Below, one piece after another: positions 51,700-62,147 of a DNA stretch of 64,000 nt. Under the pieces are notes generated by a model. That model made no database searches, was not told the origin of the DNA, and saw only the letters and a program-made list of their open reading frames with translations. The position numbers and the translations under genes are program-made. Every line of letters starts with the position of its first letter. Position 1 is the stretch's first letter. Where the stretch lies: contig DDII01000042.1 in the NCBI GenBank assembly GCA_002338445.1, positions 5,023 to 69,022 of the forward strand, read 5' to 3'. This DNA is from Cellvibrionales bacterium UBA1854. GTDB taxonomy: Bacteria; Pseudomonadota; Gammaproteobacteria; Pseudomonadales; Porticoccaceae.

Positions 51700-52155
51700 A
51701 TGAAAATTGTTGTGAAACTCAAAGCACTACTCTTCGTTATGACTCTAATTAGTTGCGAGTCACATGAAACGTATGCTTTGCGGAGTGGTAAAGTAGTAGA
51801 TTTTGATGATTTGCAAGGTCGATGGGTTCTCATCAATTATTGGGCTATTTGGTGTGCCCCTTGCAGAAAAGAAATTCCTGATCTAAATGAGTTTGCGAGA
51901 AATAACAGTAACAACGTCGCTGTGTACGGTGTTAACTTCGATGGAGTGCAAGGGAACGCGTTAGATGAGCAGGTGAAAAGCCTAAATATCAAGTTCGATA
52001 CGTTTCTTCTTGATCCGAGATTTCGTTGGGACCTAGAAAAAAGTGATATTTTGCCGGAGACATTGATAATCAACGAAAATGGAGAGCTGCGCCACAGACT
52101 AATTGGTCCTCAGACGATTGCAGACCTCAGTGAGTTGATACCAGGTACATTTTGA
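51700..52155 (+). CDS. TlpA/redoxin-family thiol:disulfide oxidoreductase lipoprotein
   Basis: Signal with LISC lipobox and thioredoxin-fold active site WAIWCAPC. Confidence 0.75.
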   Translation: MKIVVKLKALLFVMTLISCESHETYALRSGKVVDFDDLQGRWVLINYWAIWCAPCRKEIPDLNEFARNNSNNVAVYGVNFDGVQGNALDEQVKSLNIKFDTFLLDPRFRWDLEKSDILPETLIINENGELRHRLIGPQTIADLSELIPGTF

Positions 52156-52195
52156 TTTACGAGCGTAAATATTTTTGAGCGGAGTTGTTAAGACG

Positions 52196-52969
52196 ATGGC
52201 AGTGCTTTTTACGGAGATTGTGACTGAGGTGCATCACTGGAATTGCACTTTGTTTAGTTTTAAGACCACGAGGGAGAGGAGCTTTCGTTTCAGAAATGGG
52301 CACTTCACAATGATTGGACTCCCATCGGATGGAAAGCCACTGTTGAGAGCTTACAGTTTTGCCAGTGCCAATTACGAGCCGGAATTAGAGTTTTTTAGCA
52401 TCAAAGTGCCGGATGGGCCGCTCACTGCAAAGTTGCAGCTGCTTAAAGTAGGGGACAAGGTGCTTGTTGGAAAAAGATCCAACGGTACGTTAGTCACGGA
52501 TAATATGTTGCCGGGTAAAACCCTGTACCTAATAAGTACAGGCACTGGACTGGCACCATTTTTGAGCATCATCAAGGATCCAGAAATCTATGATCAATTT
52601 GAACGCATAGTTCTTACTCACTCAGTGAGATGGTTATCGGAGCTAGCTTATTCAAATTACTTAGAGGACGAGCTTCCGGGAGACGAGTATATGGGGGACA
52701 TTGTGCAAAGAAAGCTTGTATATTACCCCTCAGTTACTAGAGAACCCTTTCGTAATCAAGGGCGGATTACAGATTTGGTGAGGACCGGCAAGCTTTTTGT
52801 TGACTTGAAACTCCCTTTTCCAACCCTAGTAGATGATAGGTTTATGATTTGTGGGGGACCCAGCATGTTGAAGGAGTTTTGTGCTATTTTAGAATCAAAA
52901 GGGTTTGTGGAGGCAAGGAATGGACGACCGGGGCACTATGTTATTGAGCGTGCATTCATTGAATCTTGA
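52196..52969 (+). CDS. fpr: Ferredoxin-NADP+ reductase (Azotobacter/Pseudomonas Fpr type)
   Basis: Colinear with Azotobacter vinelandii Fpr as recalled (VHHWNCTLFSFKTTR, RAYSFAS, LEFFSIKVPDGPLT, STGTGLAPF, ICGGPSM, YVIERAF). Confidence 0.9.
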   Translation: MAVLFTEIVTEVHHWNCTLFSFKTTRERSFRFRNGHFTMIGLPSDGKPLLRAYSFASANYEPELEFFSIKVPDGPLTAKLQLLKVGDKVLVGKRSNGTLVTDNMLPGKTLYLISTGTGLAPFLSIIKDPEIYDQFERIVLTHSVRWLSELAYSNYLEDELPGDEYMGDIVQRKLVYYPSVTREPFRNQGRITDLVRTGKLFVDLKLPFPTLVDDRFMICGGPSMLKEFCAILESKGFVEARNGRPGHYVIERAFIES

Positions 52970-52985
52970 GTGTATTTACCTGTAG

Positions 52986-53444
52986 TTAAGGTTTAAAAAC
53001 TTCCATTGCACCAGGTCGTCTAAGCATCTTGTTGACCTCATCTAAATGCATTGTTTCCTCAGTGATCATTTCTCTCGCATATTCCTCTAACAGGACGGAA
53101 GCATTCGACTCGGCGAGCTTTAAGAGCCTGTAGTACATTTTCAAAACGCTCTTCTCATGCTCCAAACTCTCGCGAAGAATGTCACCAATATCGTGACGTT
53201 CGGTTTCAAGTAGCGCTCCGATTTTCAAGGATGGGTGGCCTCCCATTAAGGTCACCAGCTCACCTGCTCTATGCGCATGCATCAATCCCTCACTTGCATT
53301 AGCTTTCATCCAATCAACAATTGGTATCCGATTATATCCATATACCATCAAAGCATAATGAGAATATCGAACAACGCCGGCTAATTCTGCCTCCATAATT
53401 TCGTTAAGTATATCGATAGCAGGTTGATTATTTCTGTCATCCAT
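52986..53444 (-). CDS. Ferritin-like protein (bacterioferritin family)
   Basis: 152 aa four-helix-bundle pattern, alignable to E. coli Bfr (EAELAGVVRY vs GNELVAINQY; EETMHLDE vs EEGHIDW). The second-helix ExxH spacing looks shifted by one residue. Confidence 0.55.
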   Translation of the reverse strand: MDDRNNQPAIDILNEIMEAELAGVVRYSHYALMVYGYNRIPIVDWMKANASEGLMHAHRAGELVTLMGGHPSLKIGALLETERHDIGDILRESLEHEKSVLKMYYRLLKLAESNASVLLEEYAREMITEETMHLDEVNKMLRRPGAMEVFKP

Positions 53445-53553
53445 TGAGCAGTCCTAAAGAAGTCATTTAAATCACTAAAAACTATTACTACAATGGTATA
53501 TCCACTGAATGCGTGTGTCCACTCGGTTTTAAATTGTGATACGTAATTCTGTT

Positions 53554-54363
53554 CTATGATTTACTGGGTAAAGGCAGATTTTTGTGAATTGTTTGTAGAC
53601 TCGATTTAAATAATTTCGGTGTGCTCGCAAGAATATGTCCGGTTGATAGATATTTTTCTGCCCCTTGAAAATCACTTACCATTCCACCAGCCTCTGTTAC
53701 AATTAGAGCACCCGCGGCGATATCCCAGGGGTTTAAATACATTTCCCAGAACACATCCAAACGACCAGCAGCCACATAGGCAAGGTCGAGAGATGCTACT
53801 CCCATTCGTCGGATTCCCGCTGAGTTTTTTGCAAATTCACGCATCGTTTTTAGATAACCGCTCATATAATTGAATGATGGAGAATTAAAGGGAATTCCCG
53901 TACCGTAGAGGGCGCCCTCACTGGAACGTCGACCTGACACTCGAATGCGTCGTCCATTTAGAAATGCGCCGTTGCCTCGACTCGCGGTGAATTCCTCTCG
54001 TTTGAATGGTTCCAAGACTACGCCATGCTCCAAGTTGCCTTTTGACAAACATGCAATTGAAACCGCAACGTGTGGAATTCCTCTGATAAAGTTAGTGGTA
54101 CCATCCAGAGGATCTATTATCCATTCGAACTCGCTCTTGGGATCACCACTTTTTCCAGTTTCTTCCCCGCGGAAGCTATGGTGCGGGTAAGCTTTGCTGA
54201 TATTTTGAATGATGGATTGCTCAGAGATTCGATCTACGTCCGTGACAAAGTCGTTACGCCTTTTTTCGTCTACCCTCACGACATCCAGGTTGTCTGCAGC
54301 CTTTACAATCATCTCGCCAGCAGCTCTAGCGGCTCTGAGAGCTATAGTGCACATCGGTTGCAT
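53554..54363 (-). CDS. suhB: Inositol monophosphatase family protein SuhB
   Basis: WIIDPLDGTTNF, PHVAVSIA and WDIAAG motifs. Divergent from trmJ. Confidence 0.92.
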   Translation of the reverse strand: MQPMCTIALRAARAAGEMIVKAADNLDVVRVDEKRRNDFVTDVDRISEQSIIQNISKAYPHHSFRGEETGKSGDPKSEFEWIIDPLDGTTNFIRGIPHVAVSIACLSKGNLEHGVVLEPFKREEFTASRGNGAFLNGRRIRVSGRRSSEGALYGTGIPFNSPSFNYMSGYLKTMREFAKNSAGIRRMGVASLDLAYVAAGRLDVFWEMYLNPWDIAAGALIVTEAGGMVSDFQGAEKYLSTGHILASTPKLFKSSLQTIHKNLPLPSKS

Positions 54364-54473
54364 ATTATGAATCCGCGACTCACAGAATAAACCTCATGAT
54401 ACCAGATCATATCAATTCTGTTAAACTCTAGTGATTAGATCTATTTTATGTTTCGTATCTCCCGGGGGTTATA

Positions 54474-55241
54474 ATGTTTCAACAAGGGTGCCGTGCTAAT
54501 ATCCGTATCGTTCTGGTAAACACGAGTCACCCCGGAAACATTGGAGGTGTAGCCCGGGCTATGAAAAATATGGCCCTTGATCAGTTATATCTTGTGCAGC
54601 CGAGGGAGTTTCCGGCCTCAAGAGCAGTGTGGAGAGCAGCTGGGGCGACAGATGTTTTAAAGACAGCAAAGATATTTGAGTGTGTCGATGATGCGGTAAG
54701 AGATTGTGGTTTAGTAATTGGAACGAGTGCGCGCGGGCGAAGAATTCCTTGGCCAATTATTAATCCCCGAGATTGTGGAGCTATAGCTTGGAAAGAATCC
54801 TCGGTTCATCCAGTAGCGCTTTTGTTTGGTCGAGAGGATCGAGGACTGACAAATGATGAATTACATAAATGTCATTATCATGTTCACATACCCTCAAATC
54901 ATGAGTATAGCTCACTTAACCTTGCCTGCGCAGTGCAAGTGATTGTCTATGAAGTTTATTTGGCGTTTTTAGAGAAAAACGATTTAAACTTTAGTATGCA
55001 AACTGAGTGGGATCAGCCAGTAGCGAAAGTTGGAGATCTCGAAAGATTTCACACACATCTGGAGGAGACCATGAAAGAAGTTGGTTTCTACGATCCTAAT
55101 AATCCAAAACAATTAATGACTAGGATGCGGCGCCTTTTTAGTCGCGTGAGAATGGATGAGATGGAAGTGTCGATTCTTCGTGGTCTGCTCTCGGCGGTGC
55201 AACGTAAACTAAATGGCTACACTAAAAAGTATGGCGAATAA
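54474..55241 (+). CDS. trmJ: tRNA (cytidine/uridine-2'-O)-methyltransferase TrmJ
   Basis: Colinear with E. coli TrmJ (IRIVLVNTSHPGNIGGVARAMKNM, LFGREDRGLTNDEL, YSSLNLACAVQV). Confidence 0.92.
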   Translation: MFQQGCRANIRIVLVNTSHPGNIGGVARAMKNMALDQLYLVQPREFPASRAVWRAAGATDVLKTAKIFECVDDAVRDCGLVIGTSARGRRIPWPIINPRDCGAIAWKESSVHPVALLFGREDRGLTNDELHKCHYHVHIPSNHEYSSLNLACAVQVIVYEVYLAFLEKNDLNFSMQTEWDQPVAKVGDLERFHTHLEETMKEVGFYDPNNPKQLMTRMRRLFSRVRMDEMEVSILRGLLSAVQRKLNGYTKKYGE

Positions 55242-55570
55242 GGTAAAAGTTAGGTGAAAATACCTGTAGTTGGACGTCAAGAGCTTCACAATTTTATAAC
55301 AAATGGTGTGACAGATTGCATGTAGAGTCGCAGGCATACACACTGGGGGCGGAGCAGATGATGCGTTGTCCACGTTTGGTAGGTCTTAGAAGAACAGATT
55401 TTAAGCGAAACTTCCCGATGAAAATTTGGTATAGTTTGGACCGTTCTGATGGACAAAAGAAGGACACGTTTTTCTGGTGCTCTTGAGGGAGATTCAAAGC
55501 GAAAAGTTTTGCTAGCACAGTTAGTGAAGGAAAACAAACAACGTTAATTATGGAAAAGATGGAGCGATTT

Positions 55571-56785
55571 ATGACATTGCCAATTTACTTGGACTACGCA
55601 TCAACTACACCGGTCGACCCGGTCGTGGCAGATAAAATGATGGATTGCCTTACTACTTCAGGGAAGTTTGGGAATCCTGCATCCAGATCGCACGTGTTCG
55701 GTTGGGAGGCTGAATCCGCGGTGGAGGACGCACGTGCTGACGTGGCTAACATCATGGGTGCTGATCCGAGAGAGATTGTTTGGACTTCGGGAGCAACAGA
55801 GGCTAATAACCTTGCAATTAAGGGTTGTGCTCATTTTAACGTTCGAAGGGGAAAACATATCGTTACGTCTCGAATTGAGCACAAGGCTGTTTTGGATACT
55901 TGTAGGCAACTAGAGAGAGAGGGGTTCGAGCTGACATATCTGGATCCAGACGCAAACGGTCTTATTCAGCCAGAAATGGTGTCAGAAGCACTCCGAGGAG
56001 ATACCACCGTTGTTTCAATAATGCATGTTAATAATGAGCTCGGCACACGGAATGACATTGCCTCTATAGGAAAAGTCTGCCGCGATAGGAAGATATTTTT
56101 TCACGTCGACGCCGCGCAAAGCGCAGGGAAAACTCCTATCGATGTAGAGGAAATGAATGTGGACATGATGTCTTTTTCTGCGCACAAATTGTATGGGCCC
56201 AAAGGCATCGGAGCGCTCTATGTCAGGCGCAAGCCCCGAGTGCGAATTGAAGCTCAAATTCATGGTGGTGGGCACGAGAGGGGCATGCGGTCTGGAACCT
56301 TACCCACGCATCAGATCGTTGGTATGGGAGAAGCGTTCAGACTCGGACGCGAAATGCTTGAATCTGAAACGGACAGGATCACCCGTCTTCGACATAGGCT
56401 TTGGGCGGGTGTTTCCGATATGGAGGAAGTCTATTTAAATGGGTCTGCTCAGCAAAGTGTCCCAGGAATTATTAACATCAGCTTTGCCTTTGTTGAAGGT
56501 GAGTCGCTAATTATGGCTCTGAGGGATTTGGCTGTCTCTTCAGGTTCTGCGTGCACCTCAGCGAGCCTTGAGCCCTCATATGTTTTACGCGCATTGGGGT
56601 TGAATGACGAAATGGCGCACAGTTCTATCCGATTCAGCATTGGAAGATATACCACAAAAGAGCAGATTGATGATACCATTGCAAAGGTCCGTAGGGCGGT
56701 AGAGAAGTTGCGTGAATTATCCCCGCTTTGGGATATGTTTAAAGATGGTATCGACCTTAATCAAGTGGAGTGGTCGGCTCACTAA
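55571..56785 (+). CDS. iscS: Cysteine desulfurase IscS
   Basis: [13 protein letters not shown]-terminus, PLP-lysine region [12 protein letters not shown] and active-site loop [11 protein letters not shown] at 55571 matches E. coli; the ORF opens at 55550. Confidence 0.96.
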   Translation: MTLPIYLDYASTTPVDPVVADKMMDCLTTSGKFGNPASRSHVFGWEAESAVEDARADVANIMGADPREIVWTSGATEANNLAIKGCAHFNVRRGKHIVTSRIEHKAVLDTCRQLEREGFELTYLDPDANGLIQPEMVSEALRGDTTVVSIMHVNNELGTRNDIASIGKVCRDRKIFFHVDAAQSAGKTPIDVEEMNVDMMSFSAHKLYGPKGIGALYVRRKPRVRIEAQIHGGGHERGMRSGTLPTHQIVGMGEAFRLGREMLESETDRITRLRHRLWAGVSDMEEVYLNGSAQQSVPGIINISFAFVEGESLIMALRDLAVSSGSACTSASLEPSYVLRALGLNDEMAHSSIRFSIGRYTTKEQIDDTIAKVRRAVEKLRELSPLWDMFKDGIDLNQVEWSAH

Positions 56786-56883
56786 CGTTAATGTACTTTT
56801 AGTGCAAATTGCAACGAGTATGTTAAAGTATTAGGAATGGGCCATTGAATATAGCTAAATATTAAACTTTAGGAGGATTTGGA

Positions 56884-57267
56884 ATGGCGTATAGTGACAA
56901 AGTCATAGATCACTACGAGAATCCAAGAAATGTGGGAAAACTAGACGATACGTCTAAATTTGTTGGTACGGGTATGGTTGGAGCGCCCGCTTGCGGGGAC
57001 GTGATGCGGCTCCAGATTCAGGTGGATTCTGATGGTGTTATTGAAGACGCTAAATTTAAAACTTATGGTTGCGGCTCTGCAATAGCCTCCAGTTCTCTCT
57101 TAACAGAGTGGGTGAAGGGTAAGAACATAAACGACGCAGAGCAAATCAAAAATACAGAAATCGCGCAAGAACTAGCTTTACCGCCTGTAAAGATTCACTG
57201 TTCTGTGTTGGCTGAGGACGCCATAAAGGCCGCAGTTCGAGATGTGAGAGATAAGCAGGGGATATGA
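56884..57267 (+). CDS. iscU: Fe-S cluster scaffold IscU
   Basis: Motifs [27 protein letters not shown] and [19 protein letters not shown]. Confidence 0.97.
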   Translation: MAYSDKVIDHYENPRNVGKLDDTSKFVGTGMVGAPACGDVMRLQIQVDSDGVIEDAKFKTYGCGSAIASSSLLTEWVKGKNINDAEQIKNTEIAQELALPPVKIHCSVLAEDAIKAAVRDVRDKQGI

Positions 57268-57274
57268 AACTGTA

Positions 57275-57598
57275 ATGGCTATAACTATGACAGAGGCGGC
57301 TCAACTTCATGTGGCGAGGAACCTTTCAGCGAGAGAGAAAGGTATAGGAGTTCGATTAGGGGTAAAGACCACGGGCTGTTCCGGGCTATCTTACCTTCTA
57401 GAGTTCGTTGATGAGGCATTGAAAGAAGATCGTATATTCGATGTAGGCATAGTCAAGGTCTTCGTAGATCCTAAAAGCTTATTATTCCTTGATGGTACCG
57501 AGCTAGACTACGTCAAAGAAGGTATCAACGAGGGCTTCGAATTTAAAAACCCAAATGTAAAAAATGAGTGTGGGTGTGGAGAGAGCTTCCACGTCTAG
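57275..57598 (+). CDS. iscA: Fe-S cluster insertion protein IscA
   Basis: 107 aa with GCSG and C-terminal CGCGESF. Confidence 0.95.
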   Translation: MAITMTEAAQLHVARNLSAREKGIGVRLGVKTTGCSGLSYLLEFVDEALKEDRIFDVGIVKVFVDPKSLLFLDGTELDYVKEGINEGFEFKNPNVKNECGCGESFHV

Positions 57599-57618
57599 TA
57601 TATTCATTGACGCTTCAA

Positions 57619-58173
57619 GTGATTAAGTCGAAATCATATTTTGCAATATTTTCTCTTGAGATGGACTGGGCCATTGATCTGCTGTTGCTGAAATCCCGGT
57701 ATCTCAATCTTCAGAAACAATTTCATCCCGACAAGTTTTTAATGAAAAGTAGTTTGGAAAAAAGATTAGCCATGCAAACCGCATCATTGATTAATGATGC
57801 CTATGACACATTAGCATCCCCTTTAAAACGTGCACAGTACCTTCTTGACCTTAGAGGTTATGATGCTCAGCCGGAGAGGCACACATCTTGTGATGGTTTG
57901 TTTTTAATGGAGCAGATTGAATTGCGAGAAGAACTCGAAATGATTGAGGGCCAGAACCAGAACCAGAATACGTGCAAGGATTTAAGTGAAAGATTGGGAT
58001 CTTTTTCGACCAAAATTCAGCATCGATACGAAAGTTTGCAGAACGATTTTAGTGAAAGCTACGCAAAGGGGCTACTCGATAATTCCTTCAGCGTGCTTGG
58101 CAAAATGCAGTTTTTTGCCAAGCTATTAGATCAGGTTGAAGATCTGGAAAGTCGTCTGATTATTTGCGATTAA
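57619..58173 (+). CDS. hscB: Co-chaperone HscB
   Basis: J-domain (YFAIFSL...[10 protein letters not shown] with HPD) and [14 protein letters not shown] as in E. coli HscB. No ATG at the conserved N-terminus; GTG at 57619 or TTG at 57607 is likely. Confidence 0.88.
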   Translation: MIKSKSYFAIFSLEMDWAIDLLLLKSRYLNLQKQFHPDKFLMKSSLEKRLAMQTASLINDAYDTLASPLKRAQYLLDLRGYDAQPERHTSCDGLFLMEQIELREELEMIEGQNQNQNTCKDLSERLGSFSTKIQHRYESLQNDFSESYAKGLLDNSFSVLGKMQFFAKLLDQVEDLESRLIICD

Positions 58174-58189
58174 TCTAATTGGAGCTCAA

Positions 58190-60058
58190 ATGGCACTAAT
58201 GCAGATAGCAGAACCGGGAGGCTTCCCCAGCGAAAGACGACAACAAATGCGTGCCGTTGGCATAGATCTCGGCACTACCAATTCTCTGATTGCAGTTGTC
58301 GAAGACGGTGCTCCAAAAGTACTGCCTGATAGCAATGGTGCTTTTCTTATCCCATCTGTTGTCCATTATGAAAAAGATGGAGATGTACTTGTTGGAGCCA
58401 ACGCGCAGTCAAGGGTGTTAACGGATCCTTTGAATACTCTCAGCTCTATAAAGCGTTTATTGGGTCGAGGAATTACGGATATGCCGAGGCTTGGAAATAA
58501 GCTGCCCTATGAGGTTGAAGTGAGGGAAGGTGGCATGCCGACAATTCTCACGCGTTATGGTCCCGTAAGTCCCGTACAGGTATCCTCTGAAATTTTACGA
58601 TGTGCAGTATCCGCAGGAAAGGCGTACTTTGGATCTGAGATTGACGGGGCTGTTATCACGGTCCCAGCTTATTTTGATGATTCGCAGCGTCAGGCTACCA
58701 AAGATGCTGCGACGCTCGCAGGGATCAAGGTGTTACGGTTACTTAATGAACCAACCGCCGCGGCAATTGCATATGGTCTTAATGAGTCGGAAGAGGGTAT
58801 TATCGCTGTCTATGATCTTGGCGGAGGGACCTTTGATATATCAATTTTACGGTTGACTAAAGGTGTATTCGAGGTGCTTGCCACTGGAGGAAACTCGGCA
58901 CTCGGCGGCGATGATTTTGATCGCGTAATAGCAGATTGGTTATGTGAGCAGACAGGTATAGGACCTTCGATAGATCCGTCAACCCAGCGATTGGTAATGA
59001 CGGCTGCTAGGTCCGCTAAGGAGGATTTGACTCTGGCTGAGTGTACATCAATTACGACACTGGGGTGGCGGGGTGTCCTTAGCAGGGAACACTTTTATAA
59101 AATGATTGACTCTCTAATTAGTGAAACTATGCGGACTTGTAAACGAGTGATGAGTGACGCTAATGTTAAATCAAATCAGATAAGAGAGGTAGTTCTGGTT
59201 GGAGGTTCTTCCCGGATTCCATTGGTAAGGGAAAAAGTGAACGACTTGTTTGGGTGTAAAGCGCGCAGTGAGCTAGACCCAGATCAGGTTGTGGCGCTCG
59301 GTGCTGCAATCCAGGCTGACAATTTAGCCGGTAACCGTCAGTCGGAGGATATGCTTCTGCTCGATGTTCTTCCCTTGTCTCTCGGTATAGAGACAATGGG
59401 AGGATTGACAGAAAAAATTATACCTCGAAACACGACAATTCCCGTTTCAAAGTCGCAAGAATTCACCACTTTCAAAGATGGACAGACTGCAATGTCAATT
59501 CATATTGTACAGGGTGAGAGAGAATTAGTCAGTGACTGCCGTTCTCTAGCACGTTTTGATTTGCGAGATATTCCTCCTATGGTTGCCGGGTCTGCTAAGG
59601 TACTTGTAACTTATGAAGTAGATGCTGATGGATTACTAAATGTGAGTGCCATGGAAAAAACAAGTCAGGTAGTATCTCGAATCGAGGTTAAACCTTCTTA
59701 CGGTCTAGACGAAAATGAGATACTACGGATGCTGGATGATTCGATTCGGTATTCCAAAGATGATATCTTAATCCGAAACCTACGTGAACAGCAGGTGGAG
59801 GCTGATCGGTTGATCGAGGATCTCACCTCGGCGCTTGATAGAGATAGTGACATGTTAACTAAAAACGAATTACTATCCCTTCAACAAAGCATAGCTGACT
59901 TGCGTATTTTTAGAGCTGAATGCAGCGACCACAATGAGTTATCGGTGCGAATTGGCAACGTAGCTAAAACAAGCGAGTCATTTGCTGAACGGCGTATGAA
60001 TAAAAGTATTCAGTTAGCACTGGCTGGACAAACTTTAGAAGCATTAGAAAAGGGTTAA
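58190..60058 (+). CDS. hscA: Fe-S chaperone HscA (Hsp70 family)
   Basis: Motifs [17 protein letters not shown] and [10 protein letters not shown]. Follows hscB. Confidence 0.96.
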   Translation: MALMQIAEPGGFPSERRQQMRAVGIDLGTTNSLIAVVEDGAPKVLPDSNGAFLIPSVVHYEKDGDVLVGANAQSRVLTDPLNTLSSIKRLLGRGITDMPRLGNKLPYEVEVREGGMPTILTRYGPVSPVQVSSEILRCAVSAGKAYFGSEIDGAVITVPAYFDDSQRQATKDAATLAGIKVLRLLNEPTAAAIAYGLNESEEGIIAVYDLGGGTFDISILRLTKGVFEVLATGGNSALGGDDFDRVIADWLCEQTGIGPSIDPSTQRLVMTAARSAKEDLTLAECTSITTLGWRGVLSREHFYKMIDSLISETMRTCKRVMSDANVKSNQIREVVLVGGSSRIPLVREKVNDLFGCKARSELDPDQVVALGAAIQADNLAGNRQSEDMLLLDVLPLSLGIETMGGLTEKIIPRNTTIPVSKSQEFTTFKDGQTAMSIHIVQGERELVSDCRSLARFDLRDIPPMVAGSAKVLVTYEVDADGLLNVSAMEKTSQVVSRIEVKPSYGLDENEILRMLDDSIRYSKDDILIRNLREQQVEADRLIEDLTSALDRDSDMLTKNELLSLQQSIADLRIFRAECSDHNELSVRIGNVAKTSESFAERRMNKSIQLALAGQTLEALEKG

Positions 60059-60063
60059 TTATT

Positions 60064-60402
60064 ATGCCTAGACTTGTTTTTTTGCCCCATCATGAAATAT
60101 GCCCAGAGGGCGCGGTAGTGGACGCTGAGCAAGGAGAAAGTATCTGTGAAGCGGCCCTTCGCTGTGGTTTGGATATAGAACATGCATGTGAGATGTCGTG
60201 TGCATGTACGACCTGTCATGTGCATATTCGAAAGGGTTACGATGACCTTTCTGAAGCTGAAGAACTTGAGGATGACTATCTCGATAAAGCATGGGGCGTC
60301 GACCCTGATTCCAGGTTGAGTTGTCAAGTGATTCTTGGGGATAAAGACTTAGTTGTTGAAATCCCCAAGTACACTATCAATATGGTGTCCGAACGTCATT
60401 GA
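60064..60402 (+). CDS. fdx: [2Fe-2S] ferredoxin (ISC-type, adrenodoxin-like)
   Basis: 112 aa with Cys pattern C..ACTTC...C(Q) (EHACEMSCACTTCHV, SRLSCQV). Confidence 0.93.
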   Translation: MPRLVFLPHHEICPEGAVVDAEQGESICEAALRCGLDIEHACEMSCACTTCHVHIRKGYDDLSEAEELEDDYLDKAWGVDPDSRLSCQVILGDKDLVVEIPKYTINMVSERH

Positions 60403-60415
60403 CGGGAGAGAATTT

Positions 60416-60610
60416 ATGAGATGGAGTGATATTAACGATATTGCCATTGAATTATGTGAACAATACCCCGAAACTGATCCGCAATATGTTAATTTTGTTG
60501 ACTTGAGAGGGTGGATTGTGTCGCTAAGTGAATTTGATGATGATCCCGAACGTTGTGGTGAAAAAATCCTCGAGGCGATCCAAATGGCTTGGATCGATGA
60601 GAGAGATTAA
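60416..60610 (+). CDS. iscX: Fe-S assembly protein IscX
   Basis: 64-aa acidic protein starting MRWSDINDIAIEL. Terminal gene of the isc cluster. The ORF track start at 60353 overlaps fdx. Confidence 0.85.
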   Translation: MRWSDINDIAIELCEQYPETDPQYVNFVDLRGWIVSLSEFDDDPERCGEKILEAIQMAWIDERD

Positions 60611-60901
60611 TTTTTCCAGCTAGCGACCGCAAATATTTTCAAATGACACCCTTGGGTTGCTAGCAATCTAATACTTTTTGTCCACCTTTCCGGTGTAGAC
60701 AGCAGAACTGATTCAAGAGAAGGGTTTTTTGTTCTTGTCTGGTTTCCAGTTTGACACGCAACAGAAAAATGATCCTATACACCTGCATCCCAATCCTTTA
60801 TATTTCTATAAGTTTGGGTAAGTGCAAAATCTTATTCTTTGAGATCTGCGGCGATTTATTTGCTTAGTATTATGATTCAAAAAAATATTTTGTGCCGGCG
60901 A

Positions 60902-60927
60902 GGTAGCAGAGTCTGCTATCTTTTTTT
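60902..60927 (+). terminator. Intrinsic terminator-like hairpin plus T7 tract
   Basis: GGTAGCAG-AGT-CTGCTATC (8-bp stem with one G-U pair, triloop) followed by TTTTTTT. About 290 nt downstream of the iscX stop, with no ORF in between. Confidence 0.5.
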
Positions 60928-61454
60928 CACGCAAAATATGCCGCCCAATAGTTGCTTCTTCGTTTAATTTGAAAAACTTACATCCAACAACAAATTCGTT
61001 TGAGTCAAGATGCCATGCCGATAAATTTTTCGTTGGATTTTACCTAGCTAGTATATTAATTGAACATTCTTTCACCGGCCGATATTATTTTTGGTTGGTC
61101 GCATTAAAGGCGCCAGAACCTAATGCTAATTCGAACCTAGGGGAAGGTTGTCTTATTAACATCAAATCTATTCTAGAAGAGGGTGATCGGCATAGGAGCT
61201 TTAATAAGGCTGCACTATATCCTAGTTGAGGTCAGTGCCGTTTATTCAAGTGTTACATCTCGTAATTCATTTACTCATTTGCCTTTTAGTTTTCCCCATA
61301 TAGCGTAAAAGGCGCAGTACTTTGCGTAAATTATAGGAGGTGGGTCTTGGCTCAAAGTATGTTATGTGAGGCTCAAAAAAATGATCACCAGTATAAAGTG
61401 TTTCAAGGGGCGCTTGTTTAAATAGGTTCACCTATCTTTAATAGGTAACATCAA

Positions 61455-62147
61455 TTAGGCGGGCTTTAGATGGTTTTCTCCACAAGAGCAAGCGCAGATT
61501 AGACTTAATTTAGTGAGTGAGAAACCCGTTTGATCTCGCCAGTTATTGAATTGGGCTTGAATTTTTTTGAGGTCTGTCTTGCTATTAGGATGGTCTGCAA
61601 TCTCCAACCCACTCTGTCTTAGACAGGTGACCACATCTCTACTCAAGTTAAAGCCATCTTTTCCCATATAACGCAACATGCGTGGTCCGCTTCGTCCTCC
61701 GAGTCGACTCCCATGTTGTTTTAAATGCGCACAAAGACCCACAAAGTCTTCCTCTGGCCAGTGGTCTATAAAAGTTGCAAAATTGCCATGTAGAGAACTT
61801 ATATCTAAAATATAAGCAGCATTAAAAGGAACGCTTTGAACTTTCTGCCGGTTTCGAACAATGCGCTTATCAGATGCAATTCTTTCTAATTGATCAGGAT
61901 TTAATATGCTGATGGGTAACGGCTCGAAGCCAAAAAATATGGACTCGAAGTCAGGCCACTTTTTTTGAATAATTCCCCATACAAATCCTGCTTGAAAAAC
62001 GCACCGCGTCATATTACTCAAAAATCTATGATCGGGAATCTGCAAGAAATCCTTACGCGGTAATGGTTCATAAATCCACTGCGCCAACGATTCCTCGCTA
62101 CCCTTTCTGAAGAGTGCTCTTGATAATATTTTGTTAAAATCTGACAT
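61455..62147 (-). CDS. Tag-like (DNA-3-methyladenine glycosylase I / Adenine_glyco family) protein, variant form
   Basis: Core aligns with E. coli Tag (VFQAGFVWGIIQKKWPDFESIFFGFEP vs LEGQQAGLSWITVLKKRENYRACFHQFDP; IVRNRQKVQSV..NA vs IIRHRGKIQAIIGNA). The N-terminal Cys/His zinc-snap residues are not evident. Confidence 0.6.
   Translation of the reverse strand: MSDFNKILSRALFRKGSEESLAQWIYEPLPRKDFLQIPDHRFLSNMTRCVFQAGFVWGIIQKKWPDFESIFFGFEPLPISILNPDQLERIASDKRIVRNRQKVQSVPFNAAYILDISSLHGNFATFIDHWPEEDFVGLCAHLKQHGSRLGGRSGPRMLRYMGKDGFNLSRDVVTCLRQSGLEIADHPNSKTDLKKIQAQFNNWRDQTGFSLTKLSLICACSCGENHLKPA

Noticed and set aside
55286-55537. Two overlapping minus-strand ORFs (83 and 74 aa) in the trmJ-iscS spacer, considered as an iscR relic.
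   Set aside because: No resemblance to the Rrf2/IscR winged-helix N-terminus (MRLT.KGRYA...), and they are on the wrong strand for the operon. Treated as non-coding leader.
57951-57968. Perfect in-frame tandem hexamer (CCAGAA)x3 in hscB encoding QNQNQN, and (CTATGG)x3 at 9447-9464 in the NSS transporter encoding LWLWLW.
   Set aside because: Only three units, in frame, inside linker or TM segments. They are plausible slippage sites, but there is no evidence of phase variation or function.
61100-61150. tRNA-like GGTTCGAAT string on the minus strand (plus strand ...AATTCGAACCTAGG...).
   Set aside because: The flanking bases cannot form a 5-bp T-stem or an acceptor stem, so this is not a tRNA. 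No other T-loop-like motif in the window gave a cloverleaf.
60969-61229. 86-aa TTG-initiated ORF in the iscX-tag spacer, and the 82-aa ORF at 62320-62568.
   Set aside because: No Shine-Dalgarno sequence, no recognisable motif, and odd composition in an AT-rich stretch. Insufficient support to call genes, but flagged within the islet finding.
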